Shown: positions 47,730-58,357, counted from the first letter of the stretch. The stretch is DNA of 64,000 nt from Paraspadella gotoi (GCA_051294375.1 CM119263.1:27490568-27554567), one strand, 5' to 3'. Notes: generated by a model not told the origin, from the sequence alone. A program made the numbers and translations.

Positions 47730-50700
47730 AGGAAAGAAAGAAAGAAAGAAAAAATATATTTTTCAGCGAAAATAATAACATTAAATAAGAACACTCTGTA
47801 CTTACTTTCCTATTTTGCTGACTTTAAAACCATTACCCACCCACATCCGTCATTGACTGCCCACTTCCCCCACACTCAGTCTTCCATCCTTCGGAAAACA
47901 TCGTCAACATCCTCCTCATCATCTCCTCCACCTTCAAACTCATCGCCGCGACCAGCGCTTCACTCTACGTCACCTTCCTCGGATTCGAGGAATCCTGGAA
48001 CGGTTGGATGGGTCAACGAAACGTCTTCATCACCATCATGATCCTCTCCTTTTTGATGACCTTGGCGGAGATCGTCTTCAAGTTCCACACAGGCTTCATC
48101 GATCGAGAGACGGGGAGAGTGTCGCTGAGTCCTCCGGACATTTACTACCATTACTTGAAGACTCCCTCGCAGATGCCGCTGGATGTGGTGTCTCTCTTCC
48201 CGCTTTGGATCTTTTACTTTTTAATCATCCCATTGTTCACCCAGAATGACGTGTTGGGTCAGACTAAATTCGTCTTTGTACGCCTGTCGATGCTCTTATT
48301 TCTGGTGCCCAACTACATCCAAGCCTCGCGATCAATCCAGTTCTATTACTCACCTACGCAACCGCGTCCTTACAGCATGACGCTGTTCATGATAAAGCAG
48401 CTGTTTCAAACGCTGTTGACCATCTTCCTAGCGTTTGCCGTCGCGGCCAGCGCTTGGATCTTGGTCGGTTGTCCCAACGGTGCGATCGATTACGCAAAGT
48501 GCTCCCAGCCCGGTTGGATCCGGGTCGCCTACAAGACCAAGCCCATTTACACGTCGCTTCATCTGCTCATCAACTCTTTTTACTTTTCCATGTCGACGGC
48601 AGTGGGCGCGGGCATTGGCGACATCACCGGGCATAACTTGGGAGAGTTGTACCTCTTCACCGTGCTGTTCTTGTATTTTGCCATGTTGAACAGCGTGTTG
48701 CAGGTGAAAAATTACATTTTTTTGTCATTCTTATGCTTTCTTACTGAACAGACAGTGATAATTGTTAAGTGTTAATGACAGAACCGTTCAATATAAGCAG
48801 TCCCTGAGCTAACACCATGTTACAGGCGGGTTAAGCGCCCCGTCCCTCTTAACTGCTAGGCGGCCACCGGGCTAGAACCCCGGACCTTTGGGTTGGGAGG
48901 CGAATGACTTGCCTCCGGCACCAATGGCCGCTGATGAACGCTTGGTGGATTTTAGTCCACCATATTATTTTCTTTTTTATGTTACAATTATAACAAAATA
49001 AATTTTGTTGGTTTACAAACCACGACTGTTTTATTAAAAATTATTTAACATGTCTGTATGTTCTATATAAAAAAAATCTTTGTTTGTAACCAAATAAAAT
49101 TTTTGTTACTTTTGTTAATCATTATCACTCAATTTTTGATAATAGACAATATCTTATATTTTTTCTTATAATTGTAATTAATTTACAATTTCTTTTATCC
49201 TTCCAGGCGCAAATCGTGAGTAACATGTACGCGATCGCAGCTCAGGCGGAGAAGTCGGACAAGTTGATAGAAGAATTTGAAGTCGCGATGTCGACTTTTG
49301 GACTCAAGAAACAAACGCAGAATACGATCATGAATTATCTCAACATGGATCGATGCCACGAGTTTCGACTGCAAAATCTTTTTGTGTAAGCCTAAGCTAA
49401 TAAAATATATTCTAAAAATCAGTCTCTCCACGCGCTGTCAGTGTCTCTCTGGGTAACTACGTGATTGAAAGAAAAAAATATGTTAATCTTTAAACAATGG
49501 TTTGTAGCTAAAGTTAAATTTATCAGGAATACTAAAAATTGAAAATCTTGTTATAAATATTCGACGTAAGAATAGTAAAAAAATTTTATAAAAGCCTTGA
49601 ATATATATTTTTATTTTTGACTAATGCCGAATCTAAATTTGATCTTTTCCCTTCATCTCCACTTCACTCCAGCGATCTCCATCCAGGCCTCAGAAAGGAC
49701 GTCCATTACGCCCTCTGCAAAAAGTTCTTGAAGCTTCTCAAGCTTACTTGCACGGTGGGCGTGGCCAGACGCCTCTCTCTCTACGTTGAAGAGCAGATTT
49801 ATCTCCCCGGCGACCTCGTTGTTCCCTTCGGAAGCATAATCGACGAGGCGAGAATGGGGGGAGGAAGGATTTATGTTTACTGATGAAGTGGGTCAGGAAA
49901 GATTTATATTTAATTTTTCATTGGTTGGAAAGATTTACGTGGGGAAGAATTTTTATTTGCTTGAACTTTTTTCGGCTTTAGGAGGTTTTGTTTACAGTTT
50001 ATTGAAATATATATTCTTACAATCTTACTTGTTTCATTCTAAATATCTTATCTGCCGTATTAATCATAAAAAACGTTGAAAAAATATTTCTTTTTCTTCA
50101 AAAATAATCTAAAACGTCTAAAAAAAATATTTACAAAGCAGTAATCTACAAACCAAAAAGACAAGAGAAGAAAAAATGAACAAAACGAACAAATATCTTA
50201 GCTAAGCTCCCCCCCCCACCACTTCAGTTTTTCTTCGTGGTCTCGGGCAACTCTGACTCACCTTCAACGACGCAACAAACGTCTCTCCGACGGCGAACTC
50301 ATCAATGACCTCAGCGACTTCCGCATTCGCCCGGCCAACCTTCGAAGTCATCTGCGACACCCTCACCTTCGTCTACAAACTCAAGTTTAGCATCACTGTC
50401 ACATCATGCTGGGACTCGCGAAGTCGACATCGATCACGGAGGAGAGGAGATCAACATGGCGGACATCGACCAACGATGCGTAGAGAGAGAGGCAGACTTG
50501 ATTGATTTTGATTAATAATGCTCTCAATTGACGGTTAACAACATTACTAATACAAATTGTTAAGACGATTAACTACATTTATCACTTACAAAGGAAATTT
50601 AAATATGCAAATAAGTAAATTACTATGTTAGTATGGCACCCTTACCAGATTTTATGTTCCAAACAGAGAGAGAGTATTAGATTTTTTTCAATTGAACAAA

Positions 50701-50965
50701 TATGGAAAAGTTTTGTATTTTTATTTCAACAACATTAACATGAAAAACGAACATGTTTCGGCTATATTTTTGCTTCATCGCTTCATCAGCGCTGATGAAG
50801 ACCAAAATATAGCCGAAACATGTCGCTTTGTTTCATGTTAATTACATTTCGTTTGTTGAAAACTTTGCTTTAATGCTACCAACGAATCGAACGAAAGAAT
50901 AAAAACTATGGTTTTATATTGTAGAAGTCTCTCTCTCTCTCTCTCTCTCTTCTTCTCTCTCTCTG

Positions 50966-51012
<47 letters not shown>

Positions 51013-54000
51013 CTCCTATGCCCCCCAGAAAAATAAAAAGCACAAAAATCGCAGCCGGGGAATCAAGAATCGCAATCAGGGGCCCACCAAACAAGAAGAT
51101 GTTCAAGCGAAGAAAAGAACTCAATCCCATAATGACACATTTGCTCCCGGCACGGCGTCAAACGCCGGGGTCAACCGCCTTCAGTCCGGCCCTCACTATA
51201 CGACATCGACCGGCGCCGGACTGGGTGTCCCTTCCGGCAATCGATCCACCTCTCCGTCAATGAGCTTTCAATCCGGTCGACCTTCCGACGCGAGAATCGG
51301 GAAACCCAAAAACGTTCGATTTCGCTTCAGGCCCAGTTTCATGTCAAGATTTAAGCGCGGCGCGGTACCAGGCGCCAAACCTGGTCATCGGCCTGGTACG
51401 AGACATCGATCGAGAACAGGCACGACCTCTAGCCTTCGCCGCGGCACTGTGATAGGCGCTATTGACAACAGGAATGTCAATCGATATAAATCGAAGCGAA
51501 ATACAGCGCGAAACGTTCGAACCGATTATGATTTCCAGGTTAAACAACGCCAATACTGATAATTATTTATTTATATATTTATTTATTAATTTATTATTAA
51601 TTATTTATTTATTATTTATTTTACATGCTCTCAAGTTGATAATTTGATTGGCATTACTTGCATCTTTTTTTTTAGCGTTTCATGATTTAGACTTTCCTAT
51701 TCCTCTCCTATTTTTTCTTAATACTTTCCTATCTCTTTCCTATTTCTGATTTAGACTTTCCTATTTCTCTGCTATTTGTTATTAAGACCTTCCTATTTCT
51801 GATTTAGATTTTCCTATTTTATCTCTTGCCTATTCCTGATTTAGACTTTCCTATGCATCTCCTTATACTTATTAAGACTTTCCTATTCCTCTCCTAATTC
51901 TTATTAAAACTGTTTTATTCCTCTCCTATTATTAAGATTTTTTTGTCTCTTTCCTATTCCTGATTGAGACTATTCCTTTCCTCTTCCTTCATTTATCTTT
52001 CACCCTTTAGAACGACCCTCCAACATTGATCTCCAACGCTGGATCAGAGTTAAATGCAAACCAAGATTTGCTGAGAGTCAACGAAACCGGAATTTCGACT
52101 ATCGGGACTTCGTCGGCCACGATTAGCAATGAGCGGAGGTCAGACAGAGGCAGAGACGATAACCTCAAAAATTCCGGGGTTAACGTCAATTTGTCGCCGA
52201 AACCGTCGCCGGGAAAAGCGCCCAATCTCACCATAGACATGGTCTTGCGTCAGGGCGTCACTGGCGAGAGTGAGAATTGGTTCACCCGCGAAGATGACGA
52301 CATTGAAGTATGTGAATTTGCGGATTAATATTTTTGTGTAACTATTGGTAGATCTTAGTCAAAACGTTTTCTTCAACATAAAAAATTCAATAAGTAATCT
52401 TAATTTGTATATTTTACCTGTGGTCAAACAAGCAAGGTTGGAATTTTAATTGATATATTCATTCTATTATGTTATGGATAAGTCATAGTTGAGGCGACTT
52501 ACACACCGGTGGTAAGTCGCCTTATGTTTTTTTTTAGTTTTTTTATCGTCGCAATCGCTTTGCGTTTGCGACGATCTAGTAACGCTTTTGGACATAAGTG
52601 GCGTAGGCGTCGTCGTCGTCGTTGTCGTCGTCGGCGTTCAAATTATAGATCGCCTTTTTGATGATTAAATTTGGTGTATGAAGCTGAAAATTTATATACA
52701 GTTCTCATCATTGATGTCCGTAAAATTGGGTCAGGACAGTTATTAAATATGTTTTGTTTACGTTTTATCAAAACAAATAAATATCCTCTATTTTATTTTC
52801 ATGTCTCTTTCTCTCTCTCTTTTCTCTCTTTAATTATATATAGCTCTCTCTCTCTCTTTCCCCAGTGCTTATTCATCGGAAAAAAACGAGTCTGCAGCTG
52901 GCTCTGCAGGGGTTCTTTCTTTTTTTCTCTTTTCTCCTGCTGCTTCTGCTGCTGCCTTTTGAGTCTGCAGCTGGCTCTTCAGGGGCTCCTCTTTTTTTTC
53001 TCTCTTTTCTCTTGCTGCTTTCTGCTGTTGCCTTTTGATTTTCTTTCTCTCTCTCTCTCTCTCTCTCTCTGCATTTTTATTTTTTAAAAATTTGAATAAG
53101 GATTGAACTCTGTAAATTAGGCATCGCATTCGTTACATTCGTTGCTATCGAACATCTGTGTTTTTACTTTGTTTTTTTTATTTTTCAGGGGCTGCATCTG
53201 CTGATCAGTTTATTTTTTGACAATGAAAAAGTTTTTTTTTCAGAAAATAACTTTAATTTTCCTCGTCTGCAGATCAGTTTATTTGACAATGACAATTGAC
53301 AATGACAACAAAAAAATTTTCTTTTTTTTCCCCTTTTTTTTTCTTTTTTTTTTTCAGAAACTGTAACTTTAATTTTCCTCGGTACTTTATTTTATTTTTC
53401 TATTCATAAATTAATTTTCTTTTCTCAAAATTTTTATTTTTTTTAGTATCAAAATTTGTCGTCAATCCAGATTTCTCTTATTGAGATGCGACGATCCTTA
53501 TGCTTTTAAGATTTTTTTATATTTCGCTTTTCCATCTTTTTTTCTTTTCTCTCTTTTTCTTTCCATTCAGGACGACGAAGAGGACGAGTCAGATTACGAA
53601 GTCGAGGTGAACATCGACACAGGGAAGCTGCAGGAAAATCTAAAGCATCACTTCACGGATCAGGGTAAGTCAAAAGCAGCTGCAGGAATACCTGCAGCCT
53701 CACTTCACGGATCAGGTTGAGTCATATACAGATGCAGGATAATCTGAATATTCAGTTGAAGCATCTGGGTAAGTCAGATTCATCAGCAGGAAAATCTGTA
53801 GAATCATTTTATGGATCTTGGTGAGTCAAATACTGCTAGAGAAAAATTTGAAGCATCTCTTCAAGCTTTGGGGTAGGAGGCGGCTGCAGGAAAGGAACTT
53901 GCCACGGTTCCCCTTTCGATTCCTCACTCAGAGCGACGTCAAATGCGAGAGGTGGAAGTATGGGCGCGTCTGCTCGAGAGGATCAAGACCAAAATCCTTC

Positions 54001-54780
54001 CGACCGGAAGCGACCAGGTTGAGCTGGCTTGGTTACTGGATTCACTAGCCTACGGTCAGGGATCCCAGACGGTTTGACATATTATTATTGTCTTGACTTA
54101 TATTAGAAAATTTTTGATTTTTAATCTTAACTAAGTGAACATAAATATTTAGTATATAAAATTATCTAACGCTGCTTCGATTGTTTCGACTAATCTCTTT
54201 TCATGATTTTCACTCTTTTTAATGAACCTATTTCCACTTCACCTGATGCTGTCTCATCTTTCTACTGCTGCCATTTTTTTTAATAATTAAATACCATTTC
54301 AATATAAAATTAATCCAAATTATCTTTTACAAAAATATCAACCTTTGGAAATTATTTAAAAAAATCAAAAAATCAACATTTGGAAATTATTTAAAAAAAT
54401 CCTTGGGCACGCATTAGGGGATCGAATAAATTCGTATTATTTTTTTGTGTGCTTTTTTTTTCTTTAGGCGAGGGTAGCACTATGGTATGGGTGTTGCACC
54501 AATTTTGACAAAAAGTAGTTCAATCCTATTTTTTTAAATAAAGATCCGAAAACTTTTCAAATTTGGGTGAAAAATTCTAGGGGGGGGGTTTAATCGTTCT
54601 CAGGGTTATACTTGTCTACTCTCCTCGGTCCAGGTGGCGACGCTGTTGGCGTGGGAGGCGTTCGAGCGAAACGTCATTCAACCCAAAAATAAAACGAAAT
54701 CTCGATCTTCGTTCGATTCCGACGATTCTTTCAAAGAGCGAAAGGAATTTAAAGGTCTCTCTCTCTCTCTCGTCTCTTTT

Positions 54781-54832
<52 letters not shown>

Positions 54833-56037
54833 CACTAAATCCTTAACCCATGCCATTTCTCCAGGCAATCTCATCACCAGAGCGAAACCGGTACCGGCGG
54901 AGCCAGCCGCGCCGGCAACCCGGTAAGGCCGAAAAGCCTCCCGCCAATTTTGCGAGTCGTTCCCTGGGCAACACCGACAATAACAAGTGGAACCCGCCGG
55001 GTCGCTGGTCTCCTTCGGATGTGAACCAAAGTAACTTTTTGGTCTCGATTCCGTCTTCGAGTAGCAAAGGAATGATGTGGGTCCCTTCGTCTGCTAAACA
55101 AGAAACCGGCGGCCCTTTGAGACGCCCCAATGATACTTTGTCGAGAAGGTGATTGCCGGTGGAAGGTAGTAATATAATAATTTGTTATGTAGATTGGTAT
55201 ACAGTATAATTTTTTTTCGTTTGTATCATTTTATGAGAGCATATTTGATAGTGATGATAGTCGGTTTTGAAGGTCTCGGTTTGGCATTTCCTATGATGTA
55301 TAATATAACATATTTGTAATGAGTCGAATTTGAAACTTCATCGATTTGGTTATCCACTTTCTGCTAATCAAAAAGTACTTAAAATTTAAAAAAAAAAAAA
55401 TTAGGTAATGAACATATTGTGGCTTGGCTTGGACAATTTGCGGTCACGCTGGTTAAGTGTAATGGTGTCAGCATAAACACGCTTGTCACCACAGGTCCAA
55501 AGCCATGAGCGCCAGCTGTTGGGAGATGTCTCGCACCCCGGGCATCACACATATTATAGCTTTTTTTTTTCCTCTTTCTCTCTCTCTTTTTGCCAGAGCC
55601 GACTACGATACGCGATACGCGAATCAAAACTGGAACGCGTGGCCAGGCGCGGAGGCGAATGGGTTGTGGTTTGCGCCGGAGGAGGATGTGGAGGAGGAGG
55701 TGGTGGAGGTGGAGCTTAAGACGTCGGCGAAGCCTTCAAAGGTGACCGGACGAGCGGTTGCGAGAAATAGGCGGCTCTGATTTCGTTAGTCTTAACTCAA
55801 CGACCAAAGTAAAATTCAATAATTCCACTTAAAAGAAAAAAAAAGAAGAAAAACTCGACAAGCTTTCAATCAAGATACTCACATCTTTCTTCTTATACTA
55901 TTTGTCCAGCTGTCAAACTTTCTCTTTTTCAATTCAGAAGCCTTCAATGACTTTGGTGGGACAGCACGCCATGAATGATTTGCTTAGGGATGAGAAGAAG
56001 ACTTGGTGGCAAAGAGCCAGGGAAAGGGTGAGAGAGA

Positions 56038-56111
<74 letters not shown>

Positions 56112-56236
56112 TTAATTCTTTTCAATTTATTTGTCAGATCCTACGAAAGCTAATGTCGAAGCAAAGCTTTTTAGAAGGAGAGTTGGCCCGACGACCTCAT
56201 TGGGAGCAGCTGATCCATGACGCTGAGATAGACTGA
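32524..56236 (+). CDS. Four-repeat (4 x 6TM-C-linker-CNBD) cyclic-nucleotide-binding-domain ion channel, CNGK/tetraKCNG-like, highly divergent
   Basis: Exons: 32524-32675?, 33168-33297?, 33586-33686, 33913-34168, 34495-34632, 35155-35472, 35554-35685, 35921-36093, ~38063-38848 (gap inside), 39393-39562, 40187-40433, 40973-41138, 41356-43674, 44005-44224, 44698-45079, 45385-45732, 46077-46244, 47076-47358, 47880-48703, 49207-49385, 49673-49847, 50228-~50480 (frameshifted); tail exons 51029-51538, 52011-52307, 53571-53664, 53932-54017, 54634-54754, 54865-55148, 55597-55741, 55938-56027, 56138-56236. Four pre-S1 motifs (LLNP, RIHD, TFNP, VFHP), four pore/S6 segments and four CNBDs. Gene ends less certain than core. 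Confidence 0.85.
33913..36093 (+). CDS. Channel repeat I exons: S2-S6 and pore
   Basis: CFVGFYDNG...VGFPFQLID (S3), GLLRIRQ (S4), FFIYTTTKGVGIGYGAATNIYE|ALFVIFTLAGGHFFY (pore and S6). Confidence 0.8.
36880..37740 (-). pseudogene. Inverted duplicate of two channel exons (C-linker 37583-37740; CNBD N-half ~36880-37050) with small indels
   Basis: Reverse complement matches 38063-38204, 38817-38848 and 39393-39562, with frame-disrupting 1-nt differences (e.g. gatctgtc vs gatctcgtc). Could be an assembly artefact. Confidence 0.6.
37351..37392 (+). ncRNA. Minimal hammerhead-ribozyme-like motif (mirror copy on - strand at 39040-39078)
   Basis: CTGATGA-a-gact...agtc-GAAAC-atacac-GTC. Confidence 0.5.
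39393..40433 (+). CDS. Channel repeat I CNBD (exons 39393-39562 and 40187-40433)
   Basis: FVRGDTVF..LMYIRQG..LHTGDFFGELSL..IKATTDCEVFVL. Confidence 0.87.
40830..40927 (+). mobile_element. End of a non-autonomous Helentron/DINE-like element
   Basis: (GACA/GACC/GACG) microsatellite, then gtgacttatag and hairpin agttg-ctccgcgag-ta-ctcgcgg-ca-caact, then A-run. Confidence 0.45.
41356..43674 (+). CDS. 2.3-kb channel exon: most of repeat II (TM, turret, pore, C-linker, CNBD) and repeat III S1-S5
   Basis: 774-aa ORF bounded by ttcag| and G|gtgag; LHSLPVRLK, FFPPG..LMLIIRG..GPGDVIG, TFNPFT, TSFPFE, FRFLRY, LHLFALWWFLV. Confidence 0.92.
44005..47358 (+). CDS. Channel repeat III exons: turret, pore, S6, C-linker, CNBD
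   Basis: ISIYWAAQSVGTIGLGDINILDHEEML..GVFWYAFCIAELT; NLPRSLYSQI; IPRGDFVIR..IFILVEG..LDPGACFG. Confidence 0.87.
46574..46710. repeat. Degenerate telomere-like (CCCTAA)n tract
   Basis: ccctaaccctaatcccaaccctaat...; weaker tracts at ~44310-44480 and ~63700-63930. Confidence 0.7.
47880..50480 (+). CDS. Channel repeat IV exons: S1-S6, C-linker, CNBD (last exon has indels)
   Basis: VFHPS..FHTGFIDRETG..IYYHYLK..LDVVSLFPL; SFYFSMSTAVGAGIGDITGHNLGE; DLHPGLRKDV; YLPGDLVV..DE|FFFVVSG. Confidence 0.85.
48775..48932 (-). mobile_element. tRNA-derived SINE-like element
   Basis: Minus strand begins gcggccattggtgccggagg (A-box-like) ... ggttctagccc (B-box-like); GC-rich island inside an AT-rich intron. 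Confidence 0.5.
50734..50842. mobile_element. Palindromic element containing a minimal hammerhead-ribozyme-like core (Penelope-like element remnant)
   Basis: attaacatgaaa...tttcatgttaat arms centred on cttcatcagcgctgatgaag; CTGATGA...cGAAACATGTC at 50792-50824. Confidence 0.6.
51685..51985. repeat. Degenerate minisatellite with core ttagactttcctatt
   Basis: Core recurs several times with irregular spacing. Confidence 0.7.
52488..52640. mobile_element. Hairpin-bearing Helentron/DINE-like element end
   Basis: Hairpins aggcgactta..taagtcgcct and atcgtcgcaa..ttgcgacgat next to a T-run, followed by (CGT)n. Confidence 0.4.
53626..53885 (+). repeat. Five diverged 52-bp tandem units that include an exon end and splice donor
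   Basis: Units start at 53626, 53678, 53730, 53782 and 53834 (agctgcaggaaaatct...gatcagggtaagtca). Confidence 0.75.
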
Positions 56237-58357
56237 AGAAACGACCTCTTTTGGAGAAACAGCTCAACCTTGTCAAAAAATATGGGACGATGACCTCGTG
56301 TGGAGCATCTGATCCATACGACGACTTTCCCGAAGAAATTTTGTCAGTGGATTTGTGGGAAGGAAATAAAATTTTTTTCGAATTTTTTTTTTTTTTTTTT
56401 TTTTTTGAAATTGGATTTGAAGTAGATTTGTTGTGAATTTAAGGAGTTTAAGAAATGTTTTATTTTACAACATCTTCGTCTGTAGTTTAAAGAATATATT
56501 TAAATGTGGAAATTGATATGGCACATGATTCTTTGTCTACTTACTAGGCCTTTAGTTTAATCCGACTAAACTTATAAAAAATCTAGTTTACAAAGGAGCT
56601 CCGCCGTTTTAGAATGACCTCAAAAAAATGGCTACAGTGTGGCAATTAAACAACAGCACCCATATTATCTATCCATTGGTCTTGATATAGATTTTATTAG
56701 TTAGAAAAATCCTGTTAATCGAGGGTATTCAAAAAAATTTTCGTCATATGCGATTGTATTCAAATTGGTCTGCGGTCGGTACTCGTGGATCTCCTTGTAC
56801 TATTGAGCTACGTATTTGATTATTTTATTTAATATTTTAAATAAATAGCCGAGTTATTTTCAACGAAAATGTATTGAGTTACAAGCTCAATGATCGACGG
56901 GACGATAGTTGAAAACGTAGTGAATGAGATGAGATTAACATGATGCACAGGAGGTAACAGAATAATTAGCATGAATTCAAAAAATGTTTTTATCTACATT
57001 TACGGACGAGATTAGATGGCAACATTAATTGGTCACTAAATCAAGCTTCAAGGCACGAACCTATCAGATCCAAACATTTCTTATTTTGAAATTCGCTAAC
57101 CATTGTTACCAATCTAATTCCTTATCATTGTTAACCGAACGGTTACTAAATTCTGGAGATGATAGCGTCTCAGGCTAGAATTTTTCTTATCATCAGCATA
57201 ATAATGTTTAAAGAAATATATAAGATATTTTATAATTCTGAAACAACTCTGGCTTAAGCCGCTAATGTCTCATTTCATGTACCAATGACATTTGTTTTCC
57301 CCCTTCGCTCCTCTTATCTCGTCAAATCTTTCGCCCCAAAACAGAAACAAATAAACATTACTTTATTTTCCAAAAGAATCCATCTGCTTTCTCTAAAACG
57401 ACGATATAATAAAAACAATCGGTTGTATATAACTAAGTTATACGAGGAACATCATGTATGACTAAATTAAGTGCGTTATAATTTCACATTAAACTCTTTT
57501 GTACGTATTTTCAGTCTCATCCGGAAGATCACAATTGCACATTGTACTAAGCGAGTTATACTAATTTATTATAAATTACGACCGAACCGCTTTTTCTCGA
57601 AGGATGATTACAACGTTTTATTGCTAAAGTTTCGATATAATAATTTGATTGAATTCGAACTTTAAAAAGACTAAATATTACCATGGACTCATCGTTTCCA
57701 TCTCATATTCCACTTTTTTGTGTTTTGGTTTTGTTTTTTTTGTTTTTTTTTAATTGGGGTTGTCATCTATCCTCACGATCAGAGAACCTTTATCACAACG
57801 AGGAGACATGCAAATGCTTACACAGAGCCATTCGATTATCGATCAACGAATCATGGCGCATATACCTTTCAATATTTTTTTTTTTAAACTTTTAAACTTT
57901 CCCTGGTTTGGAGACCAAAGAATCCAATCTTCGACTATGCTACATTCATTGTAAAATTGGCAATAACTTGGCACACACTGTAAAAGCTTCAAAAAAATTG
58001 CTGTTCGAAATGAGACGGTTAATGTTTACACATTGGTTGTGACCTATAGGAGAAATAGGGGGAGGGGTCGAAGAAATTCGAATAATAAAATTACCGCGCC
58101 TGATGTAAACAACACAACGAAACACGAAGCGACCTCTGGTGTCTTTTTTTTTGGGGAGGGGGAAATAAAAACGAAAGATCATAAGTAATGAAGGGAGAAA
58201 AAATAGGGGTTGGGAATTGGACCAGGAAAAAAAAACGAAGCAAAGAGCAATTTTTTTTTGTTTTTCGACTAGTAATTGACGGTAATAACGGATGGCGAAA
58301 AAGTTCACTATATTTGTTATTATTACTAAGGATAATGAGACTATTTAGGGTCGGGAA

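Noticed and set aside
48860-48932. Possible genuine tRNA gene
   Set aside because: The A and B boxes are degenerate, I could not form a clean cloverleaf, and an unrelated GC-rich body follows; a SINE head fits better.
48930-48960. CTGATGA as a fourth hammerhead motif
   Set aside because: No downstream stem II, GAAA or GTC in the required arrangement.
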